The notes: a model not told the origin generated them from the letters alone. Shown: positions 13,161-27,166, counted from the stretch's first letter. The stretch is 64,000 bases of DNA from Psammoneis japonica (GCA_008632985.1 QPGO01000002.1:1-64000), one strand, 5' to 3'. Translations and numbers: made by a program.

Positions 13161-14465
13161 CATCCATCATCTGCCATCCACCATCCATCATCCACCATCC
13201 ATCATCCACCATCCACCATCCATCATCCGCCATCCACCATCCACCATCCACCATCCACCATCCACCATCCACCATCCACCATCCACCGTCCACCATCCAC
13301 CACCCACTGTCCACCGTCCATCATCCATCATCCATCATCCACCATTCACCAACCATCATCCATCAACAGCCACCCATCATCCTTCATCCACCACCCATCA
13401 CCCATCAACCGCCATCCAAAAATTTCCATCCACCAGCCATCATCCACCATCCATCATCCACCATCCACCGTCCACCGTCCACCGTCCACCATCCATCATC
13501 TGCCATCCATCATCCATCAACCGCCAACAATTGTCCACCACCCATCATCTGCCATCCATCATCCACCATCCATCAACTTCCATCCATCATCAACCAACTG
13601 CCACCCATCAACTTCCATCCACCATCCATCGTCCATCATCCACAATCCATTGTTTGCCACCCACAATCCATCGTCCACCATCCACTGTCCATCATCCACC
13701 GTCCACCATCCATCAACCGCTTTCCATCATGCACCATCCATCATCCGCCATCCATCAACTTCCACCCATCATCCATCAACCGCCATCCATCAACTTCCAT
13801 TCACCATCCATCGTCCATCAACCATCATCTGCCATCCACCACGCACTGCGCACCATCCATCATCCACCATGCATCATCAACCATCCATCAACTTCCGCCC
13901 ATCATCCATCAACCGCCATCCATCAACTTCCACCCACCACCATCATCCACCATCCACCACCCACCATCCATCATCAACCACCCACCACCCATCATCCACC
14001 ATCCACCATCCACCATCCGCTGTCCACCACACATCTCACACCAACCATCATCCATCAACCGCCATCCATCATCCATCATCCACCATCCACCATCCATCAA
14101 CCATCATGTCCATTCACCAGCCATCATCCACCACCCATCATCCATCATCCGCCATCCACCATCCACCATCTGCCATCCATCATCCATCAACTGCCATCCA
14201 TCAGCGCCACCCATCATCCGCCATCCACATCCATCAACCGCCATCCATCAACCACCATCCGTCAACTTCCACCCATCATCCATCATCCGCCATCCATCAT
14301 CTGCCATCCGCCACCCATCATCCACCATCCATCATCCGCCGTCCACCATCCACCACCCACCATCCATCATCCATCAACCGCTGTTTGTCATCCACCATCC
14401 ACCGCCCATCATCCATCATCCATCAACCACCACTCGTCATTTTTCATCCACCAGCCATCATCCAC
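13161..14465 (+). repeat. (CCATCCA)n-type degenerate heptamer array
   Basis: Direct inspection; truncates the gypsy gag. Confidence 0.95.
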
Positions 14466-14938
14466 CCTTTGCTGCGCGGCTTGTGGCTTGCATTTTGGGC
14501 TGCACAACAAAAGAACAACTGACAACTGATTGCTCAATTGCACTGTCATGCTGCACATGAGCAACCACATTTCATCTCACATTTTGTGAGATGGGTCCCG
14601 CTTGATCAACGTTGTTGAATGCATTGAGCGGTGTCATGATTGACAGACAAAAGCCATCATAAATGGGGTGCAAATGTGCCGTGGTGTGTTGCCCATTTTT
14701 GTTGCTTGTTGACTGAGTCTTGTGTGTGGGTGTGTGGTTCTGCACATGCCGGCACGTGCAATGCACAGAAATGTGCAAGAGGGGAAGCATGAGGAGCACT
14801 CATGCATTGAGTGTGTGTGTGTGACGAATGGCAAATTTGTGGCAATTTCCCATGAATTCACCCCTCTCATGGAAAAACAGGGCAAAAGGTGGCAATCCCG
14901 GGGAATTTTGAGAACACACATGGGAAAACCAAACTGGG
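14466..14938 (+). mobile_element. Right-end fragment of a relative of the 8-bp-TSD TIR element (54534-55706)
   Basis: Ends AAAACCAAACTGGG; interior similar to 55340-55706. Confidence 0.7.
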
Positions 14939-16451
14939 TTGCCAAATTTGTTGAGGAAGACAACCATCAGATGAGACGCCCAATTGTTCCATCTGCAAAC
15001 GGGCAAGCAACTCATGCAGCACAGCGTTTTCCACTGCCCTTGTTTTCAACTTGTTGTTTGTCTGGTGTTTTGCATCCAGGCAGACTTCTCCCAATTTTGG
15101 AGACCACAAAGACTGGCCAACCTGATGATGTGTCGTTGTGCATGCCAACATCAAATCTGTGTGTGCCAGTTTGATGGGAGGCAACAATCGGCAGGAAATC
15201 CATCGGGAGGCGTGGAGTGCAAGACATTGTGTTTGGCATCTGCTGACCAGTTGGTGCATCTTTGGTTGGCACAACTCAAATCAAAAATGTCAGCAAAACC
15301 TGATGTCATGGTGTCCTTTGTTTTTTTTTGACAACCAACACACGAGGGCAGACGGGTCAACAACTGCCAAGACAGACATTTCCGTGTTGCATGATGTCTG
15401 CACTGTGCTCAAAGAATGAGCACGAACAAAAGTAGAACCAAGCATGAAAAGTAAAAATTGTGAGATTGAATTTTGCTCTGTGATTTTTGGTTTCTCCAAA
15501 CAAGTTCTCAATGGCCCAAAGCTTCTGCACTGTTTCCACAGACAAAAGGCCCTTCGGAGAATGTGTTTGTGACAACAGATTGTCCGGATGACGTGTTCCA
15601 GTCCCAGGTGATGCACAAAACGACAATCGATTTTGAACATAAATTGTGCACCCTTTGGTGCAATCACTCCATCTGCACACAGGCAAGCAACTCACACTGC
15701 TCAGTGTTTTCCACTGTCCCTGTTTTCAACTTGTTGTTTGTCTGGTGTTTCTCACCCAGGCAGACCTCGTTCAAATGAAAGTGGAGCCAAGCATGAAAAG
15801 CAAAAATCATGAGATTAAATTTTGCTCTGTGATTTTTGGTTTCTCCGAACAAGTTCTCAATGGCCCAAAGCTTCTGCACTGTTTCCACAGACAAAAGGCC
15901 CTTCGGAGAATGTGTTTGTGACAACAGATTGTCCTGATGATGTGTTCCAGTCCCAGGTGATGCACAAAACGACAATCGATTTTGAACATAAATTGTGCAC
16001 CCTTTGGTGCAATCGCTCCATCTGCAAACAGGCAAGCAACTCACACCGCTCAGTGTTTTCCACTGCCCCTGTTTTCAACTCGTTGTTTGTCTGGTGTTTC
16101 TCATCCAGGCAGACTTCTCCCAATTTTGGAGACCACAAAGACTGGCCAACTTGATGATGTGTCTTTGCGCATGCCAACATCAAATCTTTGTGTGTCAGTT
16201 TGACGGAGGCAACAATTGGCTTGAAATGCATTGGGAGGCATGGAGTGCAAGATCTTGTGTTTGGCATCTTCAGACCAGTTGGTGCATCTTTGGCTGGCAC
16301 AACTCAAATCATCACAGTCGTCGGAGAAAACATCTGTCCTGGCAACAAACAAGGGCAGTCTGCAATGGCCATCCTGGCATGGCAGGTTGTCTCGAATCTT
16401 GACGGCACTGACAACCACTTTCTTTTTTTGTCCGGCTTTGATGCATGGGTG

Positions 16452-16829
16452 GACGCGTTCCAGCCCCAGGCGGGACTCCGTGTGACATTGGGCCCACAGA
16501 ATTTTACGTGTGAGCTCCGTTGTACGAGAATCTGATTGATGGATGTGTTTGTCTTCAACATCAAACAAACGGCCAAGTTTGTGGTGCAATTGTGCCTCTT
16601 GCCACTCAACGTTTTTGCAAATGCACCTGCCCTGCACGATTCTTGAGACATCATAGAATCGCGCTGCAACAAAAAATGTCAAAAATTTTTCGACGGATCG
16701 CTCAACAAGTGCACCGCAAAATGACACAAAATGTCAAAAAATCACGTAGAATTCTGCGTGCGAGACATGCGACGAGATTCAAAAAACTGTCGATGTCACA
16801 GCTCAGCAGTGCAAGGTCCCACCTGGACC
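16452..16829 (-). mobile_element. Family A element, reverse orientation, one end truncated and fused into family B
   Basis: Starts GACGCGTTCCAGCCCCAGGCGGGAC; ends GTCCCACCTGGACCTG and runs into the B interior ATGCACAAAACG. Confidence 0.8.
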
Positions 16830-17074
16830 TGATGCACAAAACGACAGTCAATTTTGAATGCAATTTGTGTGTTTTTCAGTGCATGTGGCATTTTCCCACA
16901 AAATGCTCAGATGGATTGACTTTCATGGGCTTCTAGAGCATGGACATTTGAACAATTTTTTAGGGACACTCAAGTCCTCATGGATGCGCTCCAGCTCCAG
17001 GTGGGACCTCGCACTGCTGAGCTGTGACATCAACAGTTTTTTGGATCACGTTGCACGTCACGCACGTGCGTTTC

Positions 17075-17258
17075 TGAACAAATGCTGACACACTGTCACG
17101 AACATGGGCAGCATGTGCACTGTTGGCGATTGGTCCACTGTTGCTTGTTTGGTGGCCCCAGCGGCGCAACATCTCACAGTTCTGGAACCTGTTGATGCTG
17201 CTCAACACTCTGTCTTGTCTCACACCCAATTCTCAGCTGTCATGGTGGTGTCAACTCA
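17075..17258 (+). repeat. copia 5' LTR
   Basis: Ungapped match to 22857-23040. Confidence 0.95.
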
Positions 17259-17789
17259 GTTCATCAGAGCCAGCACGCTGTGATGTTCATCGCCTGGAAT
17301 GGGCATTGCAAACGGTGTGACGGCATTGTTGCGATCGATCGATTTTTGCGGCAAGCGCCATGTTGATCCCACGGTTGCTCGCACAATCGCTGAGTCCTTT
17401 GTGCGCATCAACATTCATGAATGTGAACGATGTGCTCTTGGAGACCAGAGTTGTGATCCGTTGAACATGACATTGGTGGATGGCATGTTTGATCACGTGG
17501 ATGGAATGTGTTGGCCAAGGCACACAAACATTCGTGATGTTGACAACACAGCGGTTCATGTGTTGAGGTCTGTTGATTGACTGCAAACATTTGGTTGACC
17601 AAAATGCGTCATCAGATTGTTTGGACACTGCACATGTGGACACATGTCTGTTGCCAATTGTTGCTCAGGAGCAACACCACCTGCTCGCAGGTTGCTGAGT
17701 GGAAACCGCCAAATCGGCATGACAACCACACATTTTCTCACTTTTCTCCACTCACAAAGTGATGCTCAAGCGTCAAAACGCAAACAACT

Positions 17790-19221
17790 GCTGACGCACC
17801 ATGGCTGCTGCCGCAGCCTTTGCTGCTGGCCTCACACGTTGTGGATGCAATGCGCAGATGCACACCCACATCGCTCATCAAGGCTTTGCACTGTTGAGGA
17901 CTTGGAACAGGTCCCTTTGACAGAAATCACTGATGTGACTGAGGGCATTGTGAAGAGCTTGGATGCCGCCGCCAACCCCCAAGCCCGCTTCCCATGCCTG
18001 GCAAATCGCAAGCTCAAGGCACTGCACGCATGGATTGACTGCCACAGGGCCCAAAATCAAGAGCCGACCGCTGCTCTCTTTGCTGGCAACGTTGTTGGAA
18101 CATGGACGGCATGACTCACGGAACCAGAGCAATTCAAGTCTGCAGACTCGGATGACGAATCGGCTGCCAAAGCGGCCATGGAGCTCAAGAACCCACATGA
18201 CTGGCCTGCCTTCCAAGAGTTTCTGGAGACCAAACTGCACCACCACTGCAGCGCTGTTGCCGGCGTGCCCCTCATCCACCCAATTGGGGAGCATGAAGAT
18301 GTTGCCGCCAAAATGTTGGCTGCTGCGTGCACTGCCATTGACGAGGACCTTGTTGCCACTGCCCGACTTGCAGGAGCGCAGTGTGCGCAGGACAGGCAAT
18401 GCCTGCATGATCTCTTGAAGAAGTCAGTGACAGGGGGGCCTGGATGGGCTTTTGTCAAACCTTCCAATCGCAATCACGATGGTTGCACTGCTTTCTTTGC
18501 ACTTGAGAGGCAGGCGGAAGGATCGGCTGCCGCCACCACCCGCAAGAACCGTGCTTGTGCACAGATTGCTGCTGCGAAGCACACCGGACGGGGTCGATTC
18601 ACTTTTGACCAGTGCGCTCAGCATCATCAAAAGGCTCACAATGACTTGGCCGAGCTTGATGAACCGGCAGCCGAGACCAAGAAGGTCTCTGACTTTCTCA
18701 AGGGTGTTTCCGACCCTGGGTTGGAAACTGGTGAGAGTGCAGTGGATGGCGACCCGAGGAAGCTCGCGGACTTCAAAGCATGCCAGCAGCATGTGAAGAC
18801 TCTGGCAGAAAATGCTGAGAACCGCAAAACTGACAATTGTGGCATCGCGTCCATCCAACGCCGTAACAACCGGCATGGGAACCCTGGAGAAAAGCACCAG
18901 CCTGAGAAGGATGAGCCCAGGATCAGGGCAGGCCGTTGTCCAATCAAGGAGTGGAGTGCTCTTGACGATTCTGAAAAGGAGCAAGTTGGCAAGCTCCGCG
19001 AGGCCAAGAAAGCCAAGAAGAAATGCAAAGCAGCATCTGCATCCTTGGAGGCTGAGATGGTTGACACCCAAACTCACGCGGTTGAGAAGGTGGCCATTGT
19101 CAAGCCTGATCCTGAACCTGCTGATGAACAAAAGGACTCCGAAGAGTCCAACAAACCTGCCGCCAATGCAGGCACGCAGTTCGGACGCAGCGCACATGAG
19201 AAACCTCAGAAGGAGGAATGA
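17790..19221 (+). pseudogene. gag: copia gag (decayed)
   Basis: ORF 18178-19221 with the upstream part broken by a stop; Tyr-free; typical gag position. Confidence 0.75.
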
Positions 19222-19284
19222 GCAGTTGCGCCAGCACCAAAAGGCACAGAACCAAATGTCGCTAAACCTGCTGGCACCACACAT

Positions 19285-22200
19285 TTGTCCAAGCGATTCT
19301 TAAAGGACACACATGTCTCTTTGTCATCTGCCAGAAATCCAGATGATGAAGCAACCACTGATTTGGACTCGCACACTGACACGTGTGCTGTCAGGTCCAA
19401 TTCTGCAATGCACCCTGATGTCGACAGAACTGTTGCAGTGCACCCTTGCTCCAAAGAGCACGCACCAATGAAAAATGTTCCCATTTGCACGGCTGCTGCC
19501 ATGTGGGTTGACCCAACTGATGGACAACCACACCCACTGCTGGTCCATGAGGCCATGCTTTTCGGGGACAAGATGACTGACAGTCTCCCATGCCCCAACC
19601 AACTGCAAGCGAATGGACTGACTGTCCATGACACCCCCCACCAGTTTGATCCGACTGGCGCACACTCCATTTCTTTCCCTGACTTGAAGATCAGGGTGCC
19701 ATTGCAAATGTGAGATGTTGCTTCAGTCTTTGACTCACATGAGCCAACAAAGGAGGATCTGGAGAACCTCCCCCGGCTGGAACTCACATCACCCCTGAAA
19801 TGGGAGCCGTCCACTGATGCCAAGGTGCAAAAGGAGGAAGCGCACGCATGTGCTGGTGCACGCCAACGACCAGCAAAGTCTGATGGACAGTCAACGATGA
19901 TGAATGCGACCAGGCACGTCGCTTCCATTCAGTCATGTCAAATGTCCTGTCATGACAAAAATGTCATTGTGGATGCCAATGACGACGATTCCCTGTGTCA
20001 CCACCTGGTTGCTCAGGCAAATGTCTCCCACAACAACATTGAGGGAGATGGGCCACACAACCGGCATGACCCAGATGTCCACCCGGATTGTGCCGAGCGG
20101 AAATGGGTGCATGCACTGTTGACCTCTAGTTGTGCATCAGCCATCACACCTGAGACACTTTAAAAAAGGCAGAACATTGGCCTGACGGCCGCCAAAAAAC
20201 ACCCTTGGAGTGACAACCCAGGCAGGGGTCCGCAATGTCTGCACACCATCCGAACGGAAAGTCCAGAAGAAAGCCCCTTGGCTTGAGTTCCCTGCCATCA
20301 AGGGACGCTTCTACTCTGACCAGATGTTTTCAAAGGTTGGGTTGACACATGGTGAGACAGGAGGAAGTGCACTTGCCAACGGAAGAGGGCATGACAGGTT
20401 CTGTCCTTGGAAGAGGAAACAGGACCACCCGAACGCCGTCATGTCATTCACACATGACATTGGCACACCGCAAGTCCTTGTGTCTGATGGCGCGCCGGAA
20501 ATGGCTGAAGGCCAGACCAAAGAGATTTGCAAGGAACACAGGATGCACCAGGAAGTGTCCACCCCATGCAGCCCCTGGCAGAACCCAGCCGAGGCATCCA
20601 TCCATGAGTTGAAGAAGAGAGCCCGCGTGACTCTACGCCGGACTGGCGCTCACAGGCGACTTTGGTCCTGCAGCGCCAAATGGATGTGTGACATTCGACG
20701 CATGATTGCAACTGGTGTGTCGGACATGGGAGGACGAGTCCCAGAAGAGGAGGTGACAGGTTCAATGCCTGACATTTTGTCCCTCTCTCTCTTTGATTGG
20801 TGCCAACCTGTCCACTGTTGCGTGCCAGCGGCGGAGTTCCCACACAAGAAGAAGTGCATTGGCCATTGGCTTGGAGCAGCCGACAACTGCACTGACGATG
20901 TGGCATTTGTTGTCCTGCCCAAATCAGGCAAACCCATCATTCGGAAGAGTGTGCGGGCCATGCCGGAGGATGACCTTAAAACTCCGGCGATCCAAATGGA
21001 TCTTGCATTGGTTGATCAAGCTTTGATCAAACGGCTTGACATCCCGGATCAGGATGCCAAGGTTGACTTCCCTGAACTCCCTGACGACTTCATGGACGAA
21101 TGGGACGATGCCTTTGAACCCGTGGAACCTGATGCTTCCAAACCAGAAGCTGATGAGTGCACCCCAGAAGGGCTAGATGAGCATCTCACAGCTCAAGTCA
21201 TGTTGCCACATGGAGGCAAGCTGACTCATGCTAGGGTCATTGCACGCAAACGAGATGGCAACGGGGTTCCTGTTGGCGCTGGGAACCACAACCCTGTCCC
21301 AGACTCGAGGACATGCAACGAGGAATTTCCTGATGGATCCACTGATTCCTGTGCTGCCAACGTAATTGCAGAGAACCTGTTTTCTCAGATCGACTCTGAA
21401 GGGAATGCCTGCCAGATTGTGAAGGAGACAGTTGATCACCAAAGTGATGCCCCGTGCCGCAACGGCTGATGACGGGTGCATGATGACTGAGACTGGCAGG
21501 CGTGCTCCCAGGAGGACAACCGCAGGCTGGGACCTGCAAGTCGAATGGAAGGATGGAACTACATCCTGGGTTCCTCTGATGTCTGGATGCAAGCTGCGGT
21601 TGAGCTGGATGGCTTCAAGCACTGGGAACATGCACTTGTCTGTGTGGACGACTTGTTGTGCATCTCCCATGAACCTCAGAAGGTCATGGATCACATGAGC
21701 TCTGGGTGCACACTCAAGGACGGAAGTGTCTGCGAGCCGGAAGAGTGCTTGGGCGCCCAAATCAGAAAGCACCAGCTGTCTGACTTGGACGGCAAGACAC
21801 GTTGGGCTGTGTCCTCTGACCTTCATGTCAAGAGGGCATTGGCTGATGTTGAATTGGAGCTCAAGAAAACTGACAGGTGTCTTCTGACAAAAGCATCAAA
21901 GCCCTTGAGCTCGGGAAATGGGCCTGAACTGGACAGCTCACCTGAGTTGAACGCCAAAACGGCCAACTGCTTCCAAGGCCTCATTTTTGTGCTACGATGG
22001 GCAGTTGAACTGGGGCGAGTGGACATTTTTGTCGCTGTCTCGCTCATGTCCTCCAACTTGGCGGCACCACGAGTTGGACACCTGGACGAGGTGCTCCACA
22101 TCTTTGCATGCTTGAAGGCTCACTCCAAGTCTGCACTGGTGTTCGATGACACTGAGCCTGTCTTTGACAAGAGTCACTTCACCAAGTGTGATTGGGGAGA

Positions 22201-22706
22201 ACACTGCCCTGGCGCGGCTGAACCTGTGCCGCCGAATGTGCCGGAGGCACGCGGGAATGGTGTGACCCACTGCTTGCTTTGTCAATGCTGATCATGCCTG
22301 ATGCCATGTGACACACAGGTCCGACACTGGGATCCTGATGTTTGTCCAACGAGCGCCCATCTTGCATTGCTCCAAGCGGCAGAATGCCGTAGAGTCCTCT
22401 GCTTTTGGGTCAGAGTTCGTGGCTATGAAGACTGCAGTGGAGCAAATTGAAGCCTTGCATCACAAGCTTCGGATGCTTGGGAACCCCATGGATGGGGCCA
22501 CTGACGTTTTCTGTGACAATGAGGCTGTCTTCAAGAACTCAACTGAACCAGAGTCCACTTTGAAGAAGAAGCACAATGCAATTGCCTGTCACAGGACTCG
22601 TGGCGTGCATTGCTCGGGAGGGCGGAAGTGCGAATTTAGCGGACGTGCAACTGAGTTGTTGCCTGGACCGAAGCTCCAAGAAATCACAAGTCACATCCTG
22701 TGGTGA
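19285..22706 (+). pseudogene. pol: copia pol: protease, integrase, partial RT, RNase H
   Basis: LDSHTDTC (protease), LVSDGAPE and PCSPWQNPAE (integrase), EWKDGTTSWVPL, LVCVDDLL (RT), SKRQNAVESSAFGSEF, VFCDNEAV, LKKKHNAIACH (RNase H); RT N-terminal half deleted near 21578. Confidence 0.93.
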
Positions 22707-22856
22707 GTCCCAAAAGGGGACAAACCAAACGGGTTTGCCGCGTGGGTGTGGCTTCTCCCATCCCCAAAACACAATGCTGCCCTGGAACAGGGTGGCATCA
22801 GGCTGCATTTGTCTGTCGATCTGGCCCGACCTGAGCTGGTGTCAGTTCAAGGGGAC

Positions 22857-23040
22857 TGAACAAATGCTGACACACTGTCACGAACACAGGCAGCACATGC
22901 ACTGTTGGTGATTGGTCCACTGTCGCTTGTCCAGTGGCCCCAGCAGTGCAACATCTCACAATTCTAGAACCTGTTGATGCTGTTCAACACTCTGTCTTGT
23001 CTTGCACTCAATTCTTGGCCATCATGGTGGCATTTGTTCA
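22857..23040 (+). repeat. copia 3' LTR
   Basis: TGAACAAA...TTTGTTCA terminal inverted repeat. Confidence 0.95.
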
Positions 23041-26000
23041 TTTCTGCATGCGACACTCTACAAAATTGTTTCATGCTCCCTGTTTTGCGAAGCCAAAGGC
23101 TTTCTGTTTTCAACATTTGTGAAAATGAAAATGGGCTGGGTGTGTTCTTTAATGTCTGAAGAACACACCCAGGCAAACCATCAGTGATGCACTCCAAGTG
23201 TGAAGGAGGAGACACATTCGCAAAATTGCCCATTTTGCTGTTGGTGATCTTTCACATTCTCATTGCAGCACAAATTTGCTGCAGAGCTTGCATGCAGAAT
23301 TGTGCGGGCCCAATGTCACGCGGAGTCCCACCTGGGACTGGAACCCGTCCATGGGACATGCATCATGAACTTCCTTGGCAGACTCAATGCTGATTGTGCA
23401 TCATCACATTTTACACTGAGATTTTTTTTAGGCAGAAAGCCTGCCAAGTGGCATCATAGAAAGATGTGTTTGGGTGACATCCAAACAACGGCAATGTTTT
23501 TGCCAAAAATCATCCGTTGTGTCACAAGTCTTTCGGCGCAATGAAAAACACAGATGGCACAATGACAATGATGTTGCAACACTCACACGAGTCTTGTCAG
23601 TGTTGCAAAACATTTGTGTTTGTGTGAATCTACACTTTTGGTGGTGAAAGTTTGATCGTGAGTTGTGGGCCATGCAAAAATTGTGCAAATGTTGTTTTTG
23701 TGCATGATTTGGTTCAAGCGCGGCTGGAACACATCCAGGAGCTGAGGTGAAATTTCTTGCCCCTGCTGCTGGCAGCAAAAAAATGCTTTGCACAATCAAT
23801 CAAGGAGCAATGGGAGTGCTTGTGGAAACCTTGACCAATTGTTTTGACACTGGGCTGTGGGGCTAATTGGTTTGGAGACTTTGCTGCATTTGTGCAGCAG
23901 ACTTTTAGGGTGAATGCCTTCTTTGGCTAATTTTCTAAAACAACTTTGAAGGACGTGATGCTGCCTTGAATGAAGCAAGGGAAAAGTGAGTTGAAAGAAA
24001 CAAGGGAAAAGTGAGTTGATCATGTTTTTGCTTGCTGACTGCACTCATCACAAATGCCAAAAAAGGAGGGAAAATCTAATGTCAATTTTCTGACTTGATG
24101 ATTGATGAGGAATCTGACACCACGGCATGGTGACATGCAACGTCAATGCACATGAAGTGCGCGGGTTTTTCAAATCACCAGTGTGCTCCAAATGGTTGCA
24201 AGCATTGACAGTTCAAAAACAAACATTGAAAAAATTGGAGAATGGACATCAACAGAATTCAAAAGTCAATCAACAACTGCCAAGACAGACATTTCCGCAT
24301 TCCATGATGTCAACCGTGGAAACAATGAAAACAAGCAATTTGCTGATGAAGAGCTTTTGCAAAATGGGTTTCCTCACCCACGTTGGACACCTTGCTGTTG
24401 CTCCCACAAGAAGAAACAACACAAGTCTGTCAACAGCCAAGACACACAGGAACTCCATCAAGAAGAGACACAACTTCTTCATGAAGTGAAAAAACAAGGC
24501 AGCATTTTTGGCTTCATCAGTTGCTTGCAGAGTGAGAGAGAATGAGAGCAACTCCAAGTTGCTGACATTGCAAAGTGGGTGGCAGACCAAACCGTCACGG
24601 GAGGGATTGAGTGCCGCATTTCACATCATGTGGGGTGGCTGGGACATGCACTCTGATTGGTTGTTCAACACAGAACAAGCCTCTTGGAGGAAGCGTGGGC
24701 ACAAGCATTCAGATGGGTTTGTTTCCCACAGAATGAATGATGGTGCAAGGGACCATGGCAACCATGAAAACAGGAAGAACAATGACCTGCCATGCCAGGG
24801 TTTGCTTCAAGATGCTGAAAGTGCCAACAAGCTGATGGAGCAGCAAAGGAGCATTGTGCTCTCAAACAGGCAGCCAAGAATGAAAGGACAACGTTGATGA
24901 ATGCTGTGGAGGAAACAGAAAAAGACATTTGTTTGGAAGAAGACAAGGAATGCATGCCATCGGACACTTGTTCAGCAAAGAAGAGCTTGGGCAACTTCAT
25001 CAAGCATGCCCTGTTGAGTCAGACTGCAATGGTTGCTCCTGGTGCATTGCCATCAAGAAATGATTCAACCAATGCATCATGGAAGGCACAATCCCAGGAC
25101 TTGCAAGACAGAGAAAGGAGAAGGAAAGAAGGGAGAAAACAAACAACAGGAAAAGAGAGGTGTTGGCAAACAAGAAAAGAGCCCAAAAAACAAGCAGAAG
25201 AAATCGAAGGTGACGACATCAACCAAGCCTGGAAAGAGCAAGAAGGCCAATGACAAATGGCTGGAAGAGTGCAGTGCAGATGATGCAGCTGGGGTTGCCG
25301 AGAATGCACCAAGCAAGGAAGAAACACTGCCAGAGGATCAGCGCATTGTCGACAATTTGACGAGTCACAAGAAGCGCAACAAAGCATGACACGTCCTTTG
25401 GTTGACCAGAGAAAAGTCATGGGAACCAGAGGAAAACATTGACAATGAATTGGCAAAAGCTCATTGGAAAAGGGTGGAAGACAAAAAAGGCAAAGATGGT
25501 TTGGTTGCATGAAATGGAGGAGTTGAAATGCTGCCTGTGCGGGGAACGGGCAAGCAATGGAGTGCCTTGCAACAAATGTGGACGAATTTCCCACAAGACA
25601 TGCTCATCCAGGATGGGTGATGATCAGCTCCTGTGCTTTGGCTGTTGCAGACACAAGGAACAGCAGAACCTGAAAAGCAATGCAGCTTGCACGGAACATG
25701 ATCACACCCTGCTGTTGCAGCTCTCTTTGTGCGAGACGTTGTGGGAGCCTTTTGTTTTGAACTGCAAAGAGTGAAAGACTGAATGGGGCAAAAATGACCA
25801 GAGACAGGGTCGCTTGTGCAATGGCAAAAACAAAGGGCAGTGCGGAGTGGCATGCTGCATTTCTCGTGGTGACAAAACCTTGCTGAAAGAGGGACACCAG
25901 GGAAAAAGACAGGAGACACAGTCCTGATTTCACACAGCAGTGGCAATGGTTGAATGTTTGTTTGTGCACACAAAGTCGGCTTGTTTGACAGCGACTGTTG

Positions 26001-26412
26001 AAAGTGTGGTGCCCGGTGCAAAGGAACAGTTGTTTTGCAGTGCTTGATCAAAAATGCTGCACAGCAGTTGCTGCTGGATGGCAAAACAGTGGAGCTGTTT
26101 CTCTCTGCTGTCTTTGCATGTGAGAAAACACACACATGTGACATTGTGCAACGTCACATTGAGACCCGGGAAATGGGGGTTCGAGTCTCAGTGGAAAACG
26201 CACAGTCACCTGATCAAGAAAGATCAGTTCATTGTGGAGGAAAGAACACTGATGTCACATTGTGACTTCATTCTGTTGTGCAGATGCAATCTGACATTGC
26301 AAGATGATGTGTGCATCACACGAACAAAAAATGTTGGACATTGCATTGTGACATCATGGGACAACAGGTCAAGGGTGGTGCCCCAACATGGAGACACCCC
26401 GAGATGTTGCAA

Positions 26413-27166
26413 GACGCGTTCCAGGTCTGTGGGGACATTCCAAACAAATGCAGCCAGTGGCTAAAAACCTTCTGTGGAATTCCACGCATTTCTCCTGGCA
26501 TGCGATGTGTTTGATGACAACGCCTTTTAACGTCACCCCATTGTTTTCTTTTGTGTGCATGTGGCCATTTGAAGTTTTTTGTTTTTGTGTTTGTTTTTAA
26601 ACGCTTAAAAGCCAAAGGTTTTGTGTTAACGAGCGTCACATTTAGCAGCAAACCATCGCGGATGTGACATTTGCAGGTTCAGTGAAATGAACAGCAAATG
26701 TTTTCTGTGTGCAGAAACATGCCAGCGCACAAACCTGGCATGTGTCCACACAAGATTTTAGCCACTGGCTAAAATCACTCGGCATGTCCCCACAGGTGGG
26801 ACCTCGCACTGCTGAACTGTGACATCGACAGTTTTTTGAATCACGTCGCATGTCGCGCACGCACATTTCTACGTGATTTTGGCAAAATTTTGCATCATTT
26901 TACAGTGCAATCATCAGGCGATCCATTCAACAACTTTTGACATTTTTTTCTTCTACGCCATTCTCGAGTGTCTTAAGAATGGCGCAGGTCAGGCATGTTT
27001 TCCAAAACTTCGAGCACAGACAGAGACACGTGCGCCACAAACTTGGCCGTTCATTTCATGTTGAAGACAAATGCACCCATCAACCAGAGTGTGAACTGCA
27101 GAGCTTGCACGCAGAATTCCACGGGGCAAATGTCACAAAAAGTCCCACCTGGGACTGGAACCTGTC
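26413..27166 (+). mobile_element. Family A element
   Basis: TSD GCAA (26409-26412, 27167-27170); empty site GTTGCAACTGTG at ~8413. Confidence 0.92.
26430..26792. mobile_element. TA-targeting (Tc1/mariner-like) MITE inserted in the left TIR of family A
   Basis: TGGGGACAT...ATGTCCCCA termini within a ~50-bp imperfect TIR including AGCCAGTGGCTAAAA; flanks TG and CA where other A copies have TA (GGTCTAGGTGGG at 40525). Confidence 0.85.

Larger units (their letters stand above)
17075..23040 (+). mobile_element. Ty1/copia LTR retrotransposon, CoDi-like, internally deleted and hypermutated
   Basis: 184-bp LTRs 17075-17258 and 22857-23040 (TG...CA), flanks TTTC/TTTC, PBS-like GTTCATCAGAGCC at 17259, purine tract AAGGGGA before the 3' LTR, domain order gag-PR-IN-RT-RH. 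Confidence 0.95.
16983..23349 (+). mobile_element. Family A' element hosting the copia insertion
   Basis: A-type TIRs; TSD CATG on both sides. Confidence 0.85.

Noticed and set aside
17075..23040. Alternative genetic code explaining Tyr>Cys/His
   Set aside because: LTRs, TSDs and codon-spanning TA are altered too, and copies change in different directions.
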